Shown: in pieces, positions 43,631 through 44,019 of the stretch
How the letters are laid out: each line of letters opens with the position of its first letter
Numbering within the stretch: position 1 is the stretch's first letter
The notes under the pieces: model-generated
The model's database searches: none
Told to the model about the DNA's origin: nothing
What the model saw: the letters and a program-made list of their open reading frames with translations, nothing else
Source: a virus
Taxonomy: Duplodnaviria; Caudoviricetes
DNA: 44,019 bases
IMG/VR virus record: IMGVR_UViG_3300005077_000034
Span: 1 to 44,019 of that record
Strand: one strand, 5' to 3'
Program-made: the position numbers and the translations under genes

Positions 43631-44019
43631 ATGATTGGAGACGTTAAGAGCATAGGACTTCTTGGTGAACACATGAATTTGACTGCGCCTGAGTATTCTT
43701 TGGTTGCGAGTCAAGAGGATGTCAGGCATACTCTAGACTTGATCGGATGCGATGAGGATTTTGGAAGTCTCATCATCAAAATCCATGAAGGGGACATCAC
43801 AGAAGCCTACGGGATGCTATCCATTGTCCCGAGGTTTTCGAATTTTGTATATCAGATCGCTCTCGGTTTCCTTGTAATGCCCGGAAATAAACGATTTATC
43901 AATGGGTTCAGCCGTCTCAAAATCAAGCTCATCAACCCACGGTTCCGAAACGAAGGTCTTGACTCCCATCTCCTTCGCGAAGTCGAACTTCTTCCGGTAG
44001 CCGGCGGTGTCCTTCCCGA
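43631..44019 (+). CDS. hypothetical protein running to the window edge (3' part doubtful)
   Basis: ATG at 43631 after GAGGG; frame open to the end. Confidence 0.4.
   Translation, partial: MIGDVKSIGLLGEHMNLTAPEYSLVASQEDVRHTLDLIGCDEDFGSLIIKIHEGDITEAYGMLSIVPRFSNFVYQIALGFLVMPGNKRFINGFSRLKIKLINPRFRNEGLDSHLLREVELLPVAGGVLP

Overview
The window is part of a tailed dsDNA phage genome (siphovirus-like). No integrase or replication genes are visible. A minus-strand late module (about 35.2 kb down to 0.93 kb) runs: small genes, terminase large subunit, portal, scaffold, major capsid, head-tail proteins, tail tube, tail chaperone with a -1 frameshift site, a 3198-aa tape-measure-position protein, distal/hub tail proteins, fibres, a two-catalytic-domain endolysin, membrane proteins and a metallophosphoesterase. 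A divergent plus-strand region (35.6-44 kb) holds small early-type ORFs with structured spacers. Main finding: the giant tape-measure protein appears to be a polyprotein. It has an N-terminal single-chain two-barrel RNA polymerase (beta/beta-prime-like motifs in the correct order, catalytic-like ADYDKD), a central PD-(D/E)XK nuclease domain and a C-terminal tape measure. Other signals: a 14-bp palindrome CTCCCCCGGGGGAG present 8 times exactly; RTGAAC-N4-GTTCAY (LexA/SOS-like) boxes as a 7-box array and at late promoters; a phage-borne Csx16-like putative ring nuclease; a duplicated covarying pseudoknot; a tRNA-like RNA lacking an anticodon arm; and twin 55-bp hairpins flanking one gene. All assignments come from reading motifs by eye and from synteny; no database search was run.
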